Source: Octopus bimaculoides
Taxonomy: Eukaryota
Reading direction: 5' to 3'
Assembly: GCF_001194135.2 (NCBI RefSeq)
Contig: NC_068986.1
Coordinates: 86,160,627-86,224,626 of the forward strand
Length of the DNA stretch: 64,000 nt
Part shown: in pieces, positions 50,455-61,101 of the stretch
Layout of the letters: each line of letters opens with the position of its first letter
Position numbering within the stretch: the first letter of the stretch is position 1
Notes under the pieces: generated by a model
What the model was told of the DNA's origin: nothing
The model's database searches: none
The model's input: only the letters and a program-made list of their open reading frames with translations
Translations under genes and position numbers: made by a program

Positions 50455-51078
50455 TCGAACAAAATGCATTGCAGCATTTACAGTCTTTATGTTCTGATTT
50501 GACATTCCATGGAGGTCGACATTGCATGTCATTCTTTCGGAGTTAATGAAATAAGTACCAGTCGGACACAGGTCAATGAAATCAACTAGGCCAACCCCCA
50601 AATTTTAGGCCTTCGGCCTACGATAGTGGTTCTTCTTCTTATTATTATTATTATCATCATTGTTATAGAATCGTTAGCGCGCCGGACGAAATGCTTAGCA
50701 ATATTTCGTCTGCCAGTACGTTCTGAGTTCAAATTCCGCGAAGCCTTTGCCTTTCATCCTTTCGGGGTCAACAAAATAATTACCGGTTACGTACTGGGAT
50801 CGATATAATCGACTAGTCCCCTTTCCGCAAAATTCTCAAGGCCTTGTGCCTAGACTAGAAATAATAATTATTATTATCATAAAGGCGACGAGCTGGTAGA
50901 AACGTTAGCACACCGGGCGAAATGCTTAGCAGTGTTTTGTCTGCTGCTATGTTCTGTGTTCAAATTCCACCGAAGTCGACTTTGCATTTCGGGGTCGATA
51001 AATCAAGTACCAGCTGAGTATCTGTGATCGACTGCCCCCTCCCCACAAAATCCAAGCCCTGTGCCTATAGTAGAAACG

Positions 51079-51135
<57 letters not shown>

Positions 51136-51366
51136 CTATTATCATCATGAAGACAATGAGCTAGCAGAATCGTTAGCACGGCGGACGAAATGCTCAGCAG
51201 TATTTCGTCCGCTGATACTTTCTGAGTTCGGATTTCGCTAAGGTCGACTTTGCCTTTCATCCTTTCGGGATCGATACAGTGAATACCAGTCAAGTACTGG
51301 TTTCGATGTGATCGACTTACCTCCTCCCCCACAACTTTCAAGCGTAGACTCTATAATAGAAAGAAT
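50455..51366 (+). mobile_element. Head-to-tail cluster of four SINE-B copies separated by (ATT)n
   Basis: Copies at about 50455-50615, 50666-50862, 50884-51080 and 51152-51366; each has a recognisable GTCGAC/TTTCATCCTTTCGGG-type core and an (ATT)-rich spacer. Confidence 0.85.
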
Positions 51367-52180
51367 TAATATTATCCTCCTCCTCCTCCTATTCCTCCTC
51401 CTTCTCCTTCTCCTCCTCCTCCTCATCATCATCATCATCACCACCACCACTACCACCACCACCACAACCACCATCACCACCAATACCATCATCATCATCA
51501 TCATCATCAAAATGGTGTTAATTATAATCATTGTTATTATCATCGACCATCACCAGTTTCATAAACAGTTTCTTAAAATTTGTTCAATTCATTTTATTCT
51601 TCTTGTATAGAGTTTCAACGAAAGATCGATAGTGACTAAATGCTACAGATGATTAATAGCAATTTATAATATGACTGTATTATACCAACAGGTTTCTCAG
51701 TGATTTGTGAGCGAAAGAGAATAGAAACGTCAGCCGTTTGCAATATCTAAGCATTTCCGTCTTAATCATATTACTATATGCAAATATACATAATTTCATC
51801 GTCTCTTTTGAGGTACAAATCTCTGTAGAGTCGATTTTGTGTTTCATCATTTCATTTTAATGAAATTAAATAACAACAGTAGAATGGCGGTGTAAAAATT
51901 TGATATATCGTTTTGCGAACTTTTCTCTGATTTTACTAACATGAAATGAATATTAATCATGAAATATGGCAACCTGTATAGCGAATAAGAAAAGCTCGTA
52001 AGGTGCTAAAAGTAAGATTCAGTTTCTATTTCTGATTACATTATTTCAGTTTAGAAAAGCATGAAATTTGCACATTCATTATCACTTGACAACAAATTTA
52101 TATAAGCTTATGGCAAAACCTTACACATCTGCATCACGTAAGCATCCATATCAGTTGTGAATTACTTTATATATGTAGAT

Positions 52181-52535
52181 GACATATGGCTTAATGGTGA
52201 GGGTTTTCGGCTCACAATTGTAATATTGTGAGTTCGATTCACAACGGCATTTTGTGTCATTTTGTGTCACAAAAATGAAAAAGGAATATTAGAAAAATAT
52301 CGACGTTTTATTTCATGTTGCTCCAATCTATTCGGTTGGCAAAAATAAGTTATACCTGAATTTCAAAGAGTCAGCCTTGTTACATTATATGTCACGCTGT
52401 AACGTCCTGGGAACTACGTTAATTGTACGCCTGCCTGTGGAGTGATCTGCCACCTGAACGTTAATTTTACGAACAGGTTGTTCTGTTGACCAGATCAACT
52501 GAATGACTCGACGTCGTAGCCGTCGCTGTGCCGTT
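52181..52535 (+). mobile_element. SINE-C-type head with a distinct long 3' body
   Basis: TGGCTTAATGG A box, GAGTTCGATTC B box, TTTATTTCATGTTGCTCCAATC; body GAACTACGTTAA...GTGGAGTGATCTGCCAC...ACGTTAATTTTACGA. Confidence 0.65.
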
Positions 52536-55324
52536 ATTTACATTGCAACACATGAAGTATGGTACACAGGCGACAGCAAGTGTTTCGGGCGGGAAGGAAA
52601 AAAAAAGTACATCCTGCTAACCCCGGCGAAACAGCGACACAAACGGTAGTGACGAGAAGGGGAGTCGAAAGAATGTAGTTTGTTGCCGGGGCACGAGGTG
52701 TAGATCGACGATGGCAGCGAAGGCGAGGGCGCTCACGCGCGAACAGACAATGTGACAGCAACGACATAGCTCGAACATGCCGGCCATATAACGTCTCGAG
52801 GTTCGTACCTGTGTCGACGAACGCGAAATAGAAGAGCAAGAGCTGAACGACTCCTCCGTGCTGAAAACCTGTAGACAGTCAGAAATGTTGTATATTATTC
52901 TGTGGTAAGACACTTTACAGATTTATTGCGGTCGAACAACGTGAAGCCTAGGTCTGCCAGTTGTACCACTTCTCACTATGATAAAACACAGGGCTGATAC
53001 AGGCTAACCCACTCTGTAAAATCATCGGCAAGTAGCTCTCTATCACTAAAATATATAGTAGTGCCTATTTGGAAATAGGTGGGTTGATTCATTTCAAACC
53101 GAAATGTTTTGAGCTTAGAATCTATCAAATTTCGAATGCTTAACAAGGAATATACACATCATTAGTTTGTACATCCTTGTCCTTCCATGTAAAAAATAGT
53201 ATGGCGGTTGTGATGTAAAAGTAGTCATTGAGAGTCCACCTTTCAATCACCATCATCAGCAATAGTAGTAACACCATCATCACCACAATCGACAGCAATG
53301 TCATTGTCATCATGAGCATTATCATCATAGTCAACGTCAAATTTGATACCAAAACTAAGTCAAGTTATCGATTCCGTTCCTTTCGCTGTCACTTTTCATA
53401 TTCTCCTAACTCGAGTGTGCATATAAAAAATAGTCTAATGACAATTTTTGTAAGACATTTTTTTTTTTGCAGTTTCTGACATGGAAAAGAAAAATATAAT
53501 AAATGACTTTTATTTAGTAAATTAATTTATTAATGAATTTATTTTAATTCTAGAAATTTTATTTTACATATTATCTTCTCTACTTTTTAATCAAAAAAAA
53601 AAAAAAAAAAAGAAATGTAAGAAACAACAGAAAAGAAAAAAATCTCCTCTTTTCATCAAATATTGTCCAGAAAATTCTGTCGGAAATAGAAGCAGACAAA
53701 AAAATTACTAAAATATAGAAAAAAAAAAAAAAAGAAAAGGAATATTCAGATATCGAAAGTTTGTCTTTTGTGCTTCATTATTCATATCACGTTTCTATAA
53801 CAATCTTTGCCCATATGATTTCAGCTTAGCGTCTTGGAGATTGCCGTTTCCACGTGGATCAAATCTGACAAATTGTTTGCTTCACGCATTACTACGGCCA
53901 TCGCAGAAGATCGCTGAAGAAAATTATTAGGACTTTCTTTACGCATTCATCATTCTTCATAAAATTATTTTCTACGAATGGCGACTGTCACAGTGAATCG
54001 CGTAAGGCTGTCGTTCAAGTGGATGTGTATGCGTGATATCTTTAAAAATTCTGGTGGTGAGAATGGTGGACTGTCAGTAAGCACATGATTTTTGACAGAA
54101 AGTAGATCACAACCAAAAGACATGCTTTCCAAGATGGATGGAAATGTTTCTACTCAAACAATTTTTCTTTTAATATCTTCTTACTCTTCTATTTTTTTTA
54201 TATATATATCCACACACAAACACACTCTCACAGATATGTATGTATGTATATATATAAATATATANNNNNNNNNNNNNNNNNNNNNNNNNNNNNNNNNNNN
54301 NNNNNNNNNNNNNNNNNNNNNNNNNNNNNNNNNNNNNNNNNNNNNNNNNNNNNNNNNNNNNNNNNNNNNNNNNNNNNNNNNNNNNNNNNNNNNNNNNNNN
54401 NNNNNNNNNNNNNNNNNNNNNNNNNNNNNNNNNNNNNNNNNNNNNNNNNNNNNNNNNNNNNNNNNNNNNNNNNNNNNNNNNNNNNNNNNNNNNNNNNNNN
54501 NNNNNNNNNNNNNNNNNNNNNNATATATATGTATGTATGTATGTATATGCATGTATGTATTTACAAACGCACGCTTTCACGCATATATCACAGAAGTACA
54601 CACGCATATCTATTTATGTATCTATCTAGCTAAGATCCTTACCTAGCTACCTAGGTAGTTACTCCCACCCTCCCTCGCTCCCTACCTACCTACCTACCTA
54701 CCTACCTACTTATCTACCTGCCTGTCCAAAGCAAGTTTGGTTTGACCAGTATAAATACAAACTCTCCCTCCTATTTCGAGCAGCATTTCTTGCGCTTCTA
54801 ACCATTTCTAACTAAAATAATGTGAATCACATATAGATTTATATATATATACAGCGAGCTAGGAAGAGAGGGAAAGAGAGAGAGAGAGAAGGAAGGAGGG
54901 AGAAAGTATCACTTACAAGGCAGAAGTTTATCTCCTTTATATTTTTAAACCATTTGGTCTGCTATATATATTTCTACCCTTCCTATGAATCATGGAGGAA
55001 TTGACTTTTATTCTGGTTCGATGTTGTATAATATTACTAATGACATAGAATGGTGGCTGAAAAAGTCCGCAAATTCTCAAAGAGTTACTGGTTACCCGTA
55101 AATTACCCGATTTTATGAATGCTAAATGACTGCTACATGCTGCGAGTGATATTTCTTTAAAAGTCATAGATAGGTAACTTTAATTGGGATTCGGAGACAT
55201 ACTAAAATCTAGATTGTTATTGCTTGTAGATCTATGCTTTGTCAATCATTTTCATTATCACAGCATGAGTGAAGTTTCTTCCATTTTGCTGATCAAAGTG
55301 TTTTTTTATAAACGTTAACGAAAC

Positions 55325-55830
55325 AGATGCAGGCATAGGAATGTGGTAAATAATCTCACTTAGGGACCACGTAGTTTCAGCTTGATTCCCACTGTGACAC
55401 TATGGGCCATTTGGGCCAACCGATTTGGTGAAAAGAAATTGTATGGCAGCCGTCGTATATATGAGAGTATTTGAGTTTGTTACTCACCCCCACAACTTGA
55501 CAACAGCTGTGGGTTCGTTTACGTCCCACAACGTAGCGGTTCGGTAAATATCACCGATATAATAATTCAAAAACTGCCTGACTGAACTTCCCATTCTCTT
55601 GAAATCTCATCATAACTACTTCCCGAACGTTCGGTACCTCTCCTAATCCACATAACCTGCACTCCATCCGGATTCTCACTGGAGTTCGAATTCTTTCAGA
55701 CTCTACCACTATGGATCTTCCTGGTTATTTTCGTTAATAAAAGTAAGTACGAATGGAGTTGCCTGACGAAACCCTTGAATGTGATGCCCCAGCATAGCGG
55801 CAATCCGATGATTGACGCAAGCAAAAGTAG
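55325..55830 (+). mobile_element. Old SINE-A copy interrupted by an unrelated ~150-bp segment
   Basis: SINE-A-like at 55325-55570 and 55720-55830 (GATGCCCCAGCATAGCGGCAATC..AAAAGTAGAAAA); unrelated sequence in between. Confidence 0.55.
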
Positions 55831-55985
55831 AAAAAAGAAAACAAAAAGGGGGGTTAGAAAATATAAAAGTATGGGTACATAAAGTTTTGAGCTGTTGATT
55901 TTCGTTGATCTTATATTCAAGAATACACTGTAAATTGCATGGAAATTTCCATAAAATTCATAAGGTGTAATTTATTTTCACTATT

Positions 55986-56329
55986 TAATTTTCATTTGTG
56001 TCCAAATATTTCCGTCGCTTTGAAACCACGACCTGTTCACTGACAAAGCATGGCGCTGCATCTGAGAGAATATCAGTTAGTTCATGATATATATGCGTTT
56101 ATGTATGCATGCATGCATGTATGCACGAATGTATCTACGAATGTATATATGCATGTATACATGCATACATGCACACATACATGTATATATACATACATGC
56201 ATACAAAGATATATACATACCCACATACATATCATGAACTGTAACTCTCTCAGATGCAGCGCAAAGTTTTGTCAGTGAACAGGTTGTGGTTTCAAAGCGA
56301 GAAACATATCTTGACACAAATGAAAATTA
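55986..56329. mobile_element. MITE/foldback with ~105-bp inverted arms around a microsatellite core
   Basis: TAATTTTCATTTGTGTC...CGCTTTGAAACCAC.ACCTGTTCACTGACAAA...GCGCTGCATCTGAGAGA matches the reverse complement of about 56230-56329; TA at both ends. Confidence 0.85.
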
Positions 56330-57261
56330 GATGCCGAAATGAAACTAACGGATTTGTGTATTATTGAAAGGATTACAAATATCTTCCACGCTACAATGGT
56401 TTTTTTGTTCCAGCACACGATCCCGGTTTACATGACTTGCTATGCAAGTGCATATCTGTAATTTATTTTTTAGAACCCCTAATATTATGATTTAATAATT
56501 CTATATGTATATAATTTTTGAATACCTTTCCCATTGTGGGCAGCAATGGTTTGGCTGGCAGTTGAAATGCTAGAACTGAAAACCGAATTATACAAGATAG
56601 CACAGCACGCCTCCATATATATATATATATATATATATANNNNNNNNNNNNNNNNNNNNNNNNNNNNNNNNNNNNNNNNNNNNNNNNNNNNNNNNNNNNN
56701 NNNNNNNNNNNNNNNNNNNNNNNNNNNNNNNNNNNNNNNNNNNNNNNNNNNNNNNNNNNNNNNNNNNNNNNNNNNNNNNNNNNNNNNNNNNNNNNNNNNN
56801 NNNNNNNNNNNNNNNNNNNNNNNNNNNNNNNNNNNNNNNNNNNNNNNNNNNNNNNNNNNNNNNNNNNNNNNNNNNNNNNNNNNNNNNNNNNNNNNNNNNN
56901 NNNNNNNNNNNNNNNNNNNNNNNNNNNNNNNNNNNNNNNNNNNNNNNNNNNNNNNNNNNNNNNNNNNNNNNNNNNNNNNNNNNNNNNNNNNNNNNNNNNN
57001 NNNNNNNNNNNNNNNNNNNNNNNNNNNNNNNNNNNNNNNNNNNNNNNNNNNNNNNNNAAATGAGCTGTGTATGGTGGAGATATTGCTATTTATATGTCCG
57101 CGCAGCTGACCTCCAATTCCACAGAGGTTAGATACTGATTGTTGTGTTAACCGTTAAATAGAATCTAGCTGAGAGCTAATACTGTATCTGCCCTGTTGAT
57201 ATATCTCTCTAAACTCACTTACATATATATATATGAACATATATACTAACATACACTTTCA

Positions 57262-57997
57262 CCGAAAGAGGGTTAAGGTGGAGAGGTAAGAGCAAGTGCG
57301 GCAGCGTGGGCGGTAGCAGGGGAACGAGCTGGGTTGGGAGGTTGGGTTAGGGAAGAAGCTGTGGACCAAGTGGTCTCGTAGGTTGTGGGCTCGTTTGAAG
57401 GAGGGGAGGGGTCGGTTAGCAAAGATGTGCGAAGTGGAGGGGTCGGAATGGATTCGCGGGAGGGCTCGGGGAATGGTGTGTTGGAGATGTAGGGTGGTGG
57501 GGTTATAGGTGAGCGGACACAGGAGACGGCGGGGTGGGTGCGGGGGAGAGAGCAGATGCACAATCCACGGAATGTGCTCTGGCAAGGGCGGTGTGGATAG
57601 TCGTGAGGAGATATCCACGTAGGATCAAGTGGCGAGCTTTGAGTTGAGACTGAGTCTCAAATTCATGGTCGTCATTACAGAGCCTGCGTAGACGGAGAAA
57701 CTGGGAATAGGGGATGGAAAGCTTAGTGTGTTTAGGGTGGGAGGAGAAGAAGTTGAAGTATAAGTGTGAGACTGTGTGTTTCTAGTGGATGTAGGTGGTG
57801 AGAGTGGAATACTGAATGCTGACCGAAATGTCAAGAAAGGAGACAGAGGTGTCAAAGATAGTACAGGAGAAGTGGAGGAAAGGATGGAAAGATTTGCCAA
57901 AAGAGAGGAAGGAGTCTAGATGTTCGCGGGAGAGTGAGCTCGCACCGATACAGTCGTCAATATAACGGCCGTATAGTTCGGGAATGGGACCAGTGCA
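57262..57997 (-). mobile_element. Penelope-like retroelement fragment (RT core to pre-GIY-YIG linker), frameshifted
   Basis: Minus strand GPIPELYGRYIDDCIGAS (YIDD at 57964-57953), FLDISVSI, HPKHTKLSIPYSQFLRLRRLC, PLTYNPTT...DPSTSHIF..RPLPSFKRAHNLRDHLVHS...FPCYRPRCRTC. Confidence 0.93.
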
Positions 57998-58075
57998 GTT
58001 GAATTAGGCACTTTAGTTGATGCTCCAAGTCAGTCAGGTATTGTCCGCACAACTCGAAGTAAGTTGAATTAAAAT

Positions 58076-58266
58076 CAAATAAGTAAAAGTGATGTCCAGA
58101 TATCAGTGCATCACGGCTGTTTCAAGCGGCTACATTTAATTGATCTATTTAAACATTACATCAAATTGAAATAAATCCGTTTATTTCAAATTGGTGTAAT
58201 ATTTGATCAGTGCCGTTTGAAACGGCCGTAATAAATTGATATCTGGACATCCTTGTTACTTGTTTG
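58076..58266. mobile_element. Small MITE-like inverted repeat (~55-bp arms)
   Basis: CAAATAAGTAAAAGTGATGTCCAGATATCA...ACGGCTGTTTCAAGCGGC vs GCCGTTTGAAACGGCCGT...TGATATCTGGACATCCTTGTTACTTGTTTG. Confidence 0.7.
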
Positions 58267-58284
58267 CTTTATATACATATAAAC

Positions 58285-58342
<58 letters not shown>

Positions 58343-58417
58343 AAGACACACACGAACATAGACACAAACACGCATAGACATAAATATATACATATATCTA
58401 TATACATATATCTATTT

Positions 58418-58989
58418 GTAATTTATACCTAAATAATGCCTTTTGCTTGCGAACCACCTATGTTACTACTGTTGATACCATCATTTAAACATTTTATTCA
58501 AAGATGATATTAACAGTAGTGACATCTTATTTTAAATCTTAGTGTTTCAATATTTTCTTTATAAATATTTCTGCACCATATGTTGTTTCTAGAGCAAAAC
58601 AAAACCACTGCACCGACGGAATATAACGTGACGGTCTGAAACTTTTACTAGGTGGTCAACACTGAAGAGGCTCAAACAAAAAAGTTCTAGAAGCCGAAAT
58701 CCGGGTATGTGGATGTCCTAAATTACATAATCCTTCACAGTTGTGCTTTTGAATGTATTAATTCTTTCCATCTTATCGCCTACTGTTATTTCTCTGCTAT
58801 CTTGGTGCTATACGGTGGTTTAATTAAGACATTAGCTCTCATTTATAGAAGTTGATGTTTTTCTGCATCTTTACGCTCCGTGCTAATGTGTGATTTATAG
58901 CTAAATAATGCTATTTGCCTGCGGGCCACAGATGATATTAACAATAGTGACATCTTATTTCAAATCTTAGTGTTTGAATGTTTTGTTTA
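58418..58989 (+). repeat. Imperfect direct repeats flanking a hammerhead-containing unit
   Basis: 58418-58560 is similar to 58889-58989 (CTAAATAATGC..TTTGC.TGCG..CCAC and AGATGATATTAACA.TAGTGACATCTTATTT.AAATCTTAGTGTTT) with a ~43-bp indel. Confidence 0.8.
58655..58714 (+). ncRNA. Type I hammerhead ribozyme with intact core
   Basis: Stem I GUCAACA/UGUGGAU (one mismatch); CUGAAGA; stem II GGCU/AGCC with G10.1-C11.1; GAAA; near-palindromic stem III AUCC/GGGU; cleavage triplet GUA (58705-58707). Confidence 0.75.
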
Positions 58990-59018
58990 TATCTATGTAC
59001 ACACACACGCACACACAC

Positions 59019-59055
<37 letters not shown>

Positions 59056-59676
59056 NNNNNNNNNNNNNNNNNNNNNNNNNNNNNNNNNNNNNNNNNNNNN
59101 NNNNNNNNNNNNNNNNNNNNNNNNNNNNNNNNNNNNNNNNNNNNNNNNNNNNNNNNNNNNNNNNNNNNNNNNNNNNNNNNNNNNNNNNNNNNNNNNNNNN
59201 NNNNNNNNNNNNNNNNNNNNNNNNNNNNNNNNNNNNNNNNNNNNNNNNNNNNNNNNNNNNNNNNNNNNNNNNNNNNNNNNNNNNNNNNNNNNNNNNNNNN
59301 NNNNNNNNNNNNNNNNNNNNNNNNNNNNNNNNNNNNNNNNNNNNNNNNNNNNNNNNNNNNNNNNNNNNNNNNNNNNNNNNNNNNNNNNNNNNNNNNNNNN
59401 NNNNNNNNNNNNNNNNNNNNNNNNNNNNNNNNNNNNNNNNNNNNNNNNNNNNNNNNNNNNNNNNNNNNNNNNNNNNNNNNNNNNNNNNNNNNNNNNNNNN
59501 NNNNAAAGAGAAATAAACAAAATAATTTATTAATCTAGTGGAAATCCACAGGAGAGCAATAAAAATAGAAAATTAAGGAGCTATCTCCCCTATAATAACA
59601 AAGACGAAAGCTAACGATATCCTAAAGACCTAATAATAGTTATGTATGTGTTTTTTCGTGTTTTGTTCGAAAGGTA

Positions 59677-59762
59677 ACCACTCCTGAAGAAGTGCCAAAC
59701 GTCTAAATCCAATGGACCAGTCACTGGATAAGTTTGGCACAGAAATGTTAACATAGAGTGGT
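59677..59762 (+). ncRNA. Type I hammerhead ribozyme-like motif
   Basis: 7-bp stem I ACCACUC/GAGUGGU; CUGAAGA; 9-bp stem II GUGCCAAAC/GUUUGGCAC (A/A mismatch at its base); GAAA; perfect palindrome AUGUUAACAU as stem III; triplet AUA; AATAAA directly downstream. Confidence 0.72.
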
Positions 59763-59938
59763 GAATAAATCGATATATCGAATTTGAAGTCTCTGTCTCT
59801 TTTGAATATGAAAATTTAAAAGTTTAAAAACCTTATGATATAAATATAAACTGTGAGAACGATCCTTAAGGAATCTAACTAATGATCTCCTAAGGTAAGT
59901 TATTATGCTATATTGGTAACGGTTGCTACATCCTCTGG

Positions 59939-59976
<38 letters not shown>

Positions 59977-61068
59977 ATACATATATGTATGTATGCATGT
60001 ATGTATTTATGAATGTATGTATGTATGTATGTATGTATAAATATGTATATATTATTTCTCATATTTTACACTTGTTTCTTCACGAACGAAGGAGAAACTC
60101 TAAATTATAATAAATTTTCACCAACTGGCCACACTAATAAACTTTGGCGTGATACTTTTCTCTCTACTTCAGCCAAGAAATTACATGGAGGTATCTTGTG
60201 AATATGTTAAACTCTATTAACTGCTGGGTTTTGTAGGAACCAAATTTTAGTGTAAATCGTTACATGTCTAGATTCAATGCATCAAGTGAAAACGTATTCT
60301 TGAACAGTCATATGAAAAAGCGGGAAGCTACTCAGTCAGGTTCTACATGCGTATTTTAAAAAGCGCTTATCATAAATGTATACTTCCTCTCTATTTTATT
60401 ATATCATTTAAGAATTTTCGGTCTCCGTTATCGTTTTGAAAGTTCCTTCCATTGTACTGTATAGTGTTATAAACAGACACGCCATATTGTTTATAAATTA
60501 TCCAACGTGTATCAATCATTCCACCATTTTGGAGTATCATTTCGCTATCTCCTATTTTTTATTTCTTTTTCCGCCATGATATACTGTACGCTTTATACCG
60601 AAGATTTATAGTTTCAATTTCAGAGGGCGATCAATTACTTATGATGAAAATCTTTTTCCAGACAAATTCTGAACACACAAACACACGAGAAATTATGCAC
60701 ACATTGACACACAGAGAAAAATATGCGTTATTCATACAGAAACAGATGCACACAGCTCGCAACCACTTAAACACGTGCTAGTAATCATACGCAAATATAC
60801 ACGCACAGAAATGTATGTAAAAATCACAGAGAAGTTGAAGTTAATTTATAGAGGACTAGAAAAATCACAAACCTACATGCAAAACGCACACTAAATAATC
60901 ACGAATATATAGATATGCTTATATGTAAGAACGCATGTATATGTGTATGCACACAGACTAAAACACAAGCACACATATACATACAAATTCTATGTGGGTG
61001 GAGGTACACACATACATATATATTTACATGCATTGGTGTGTACGGATCTTTGTGAATTTGCATGTATG

Positions 61069-61101
<33 letters not shown>

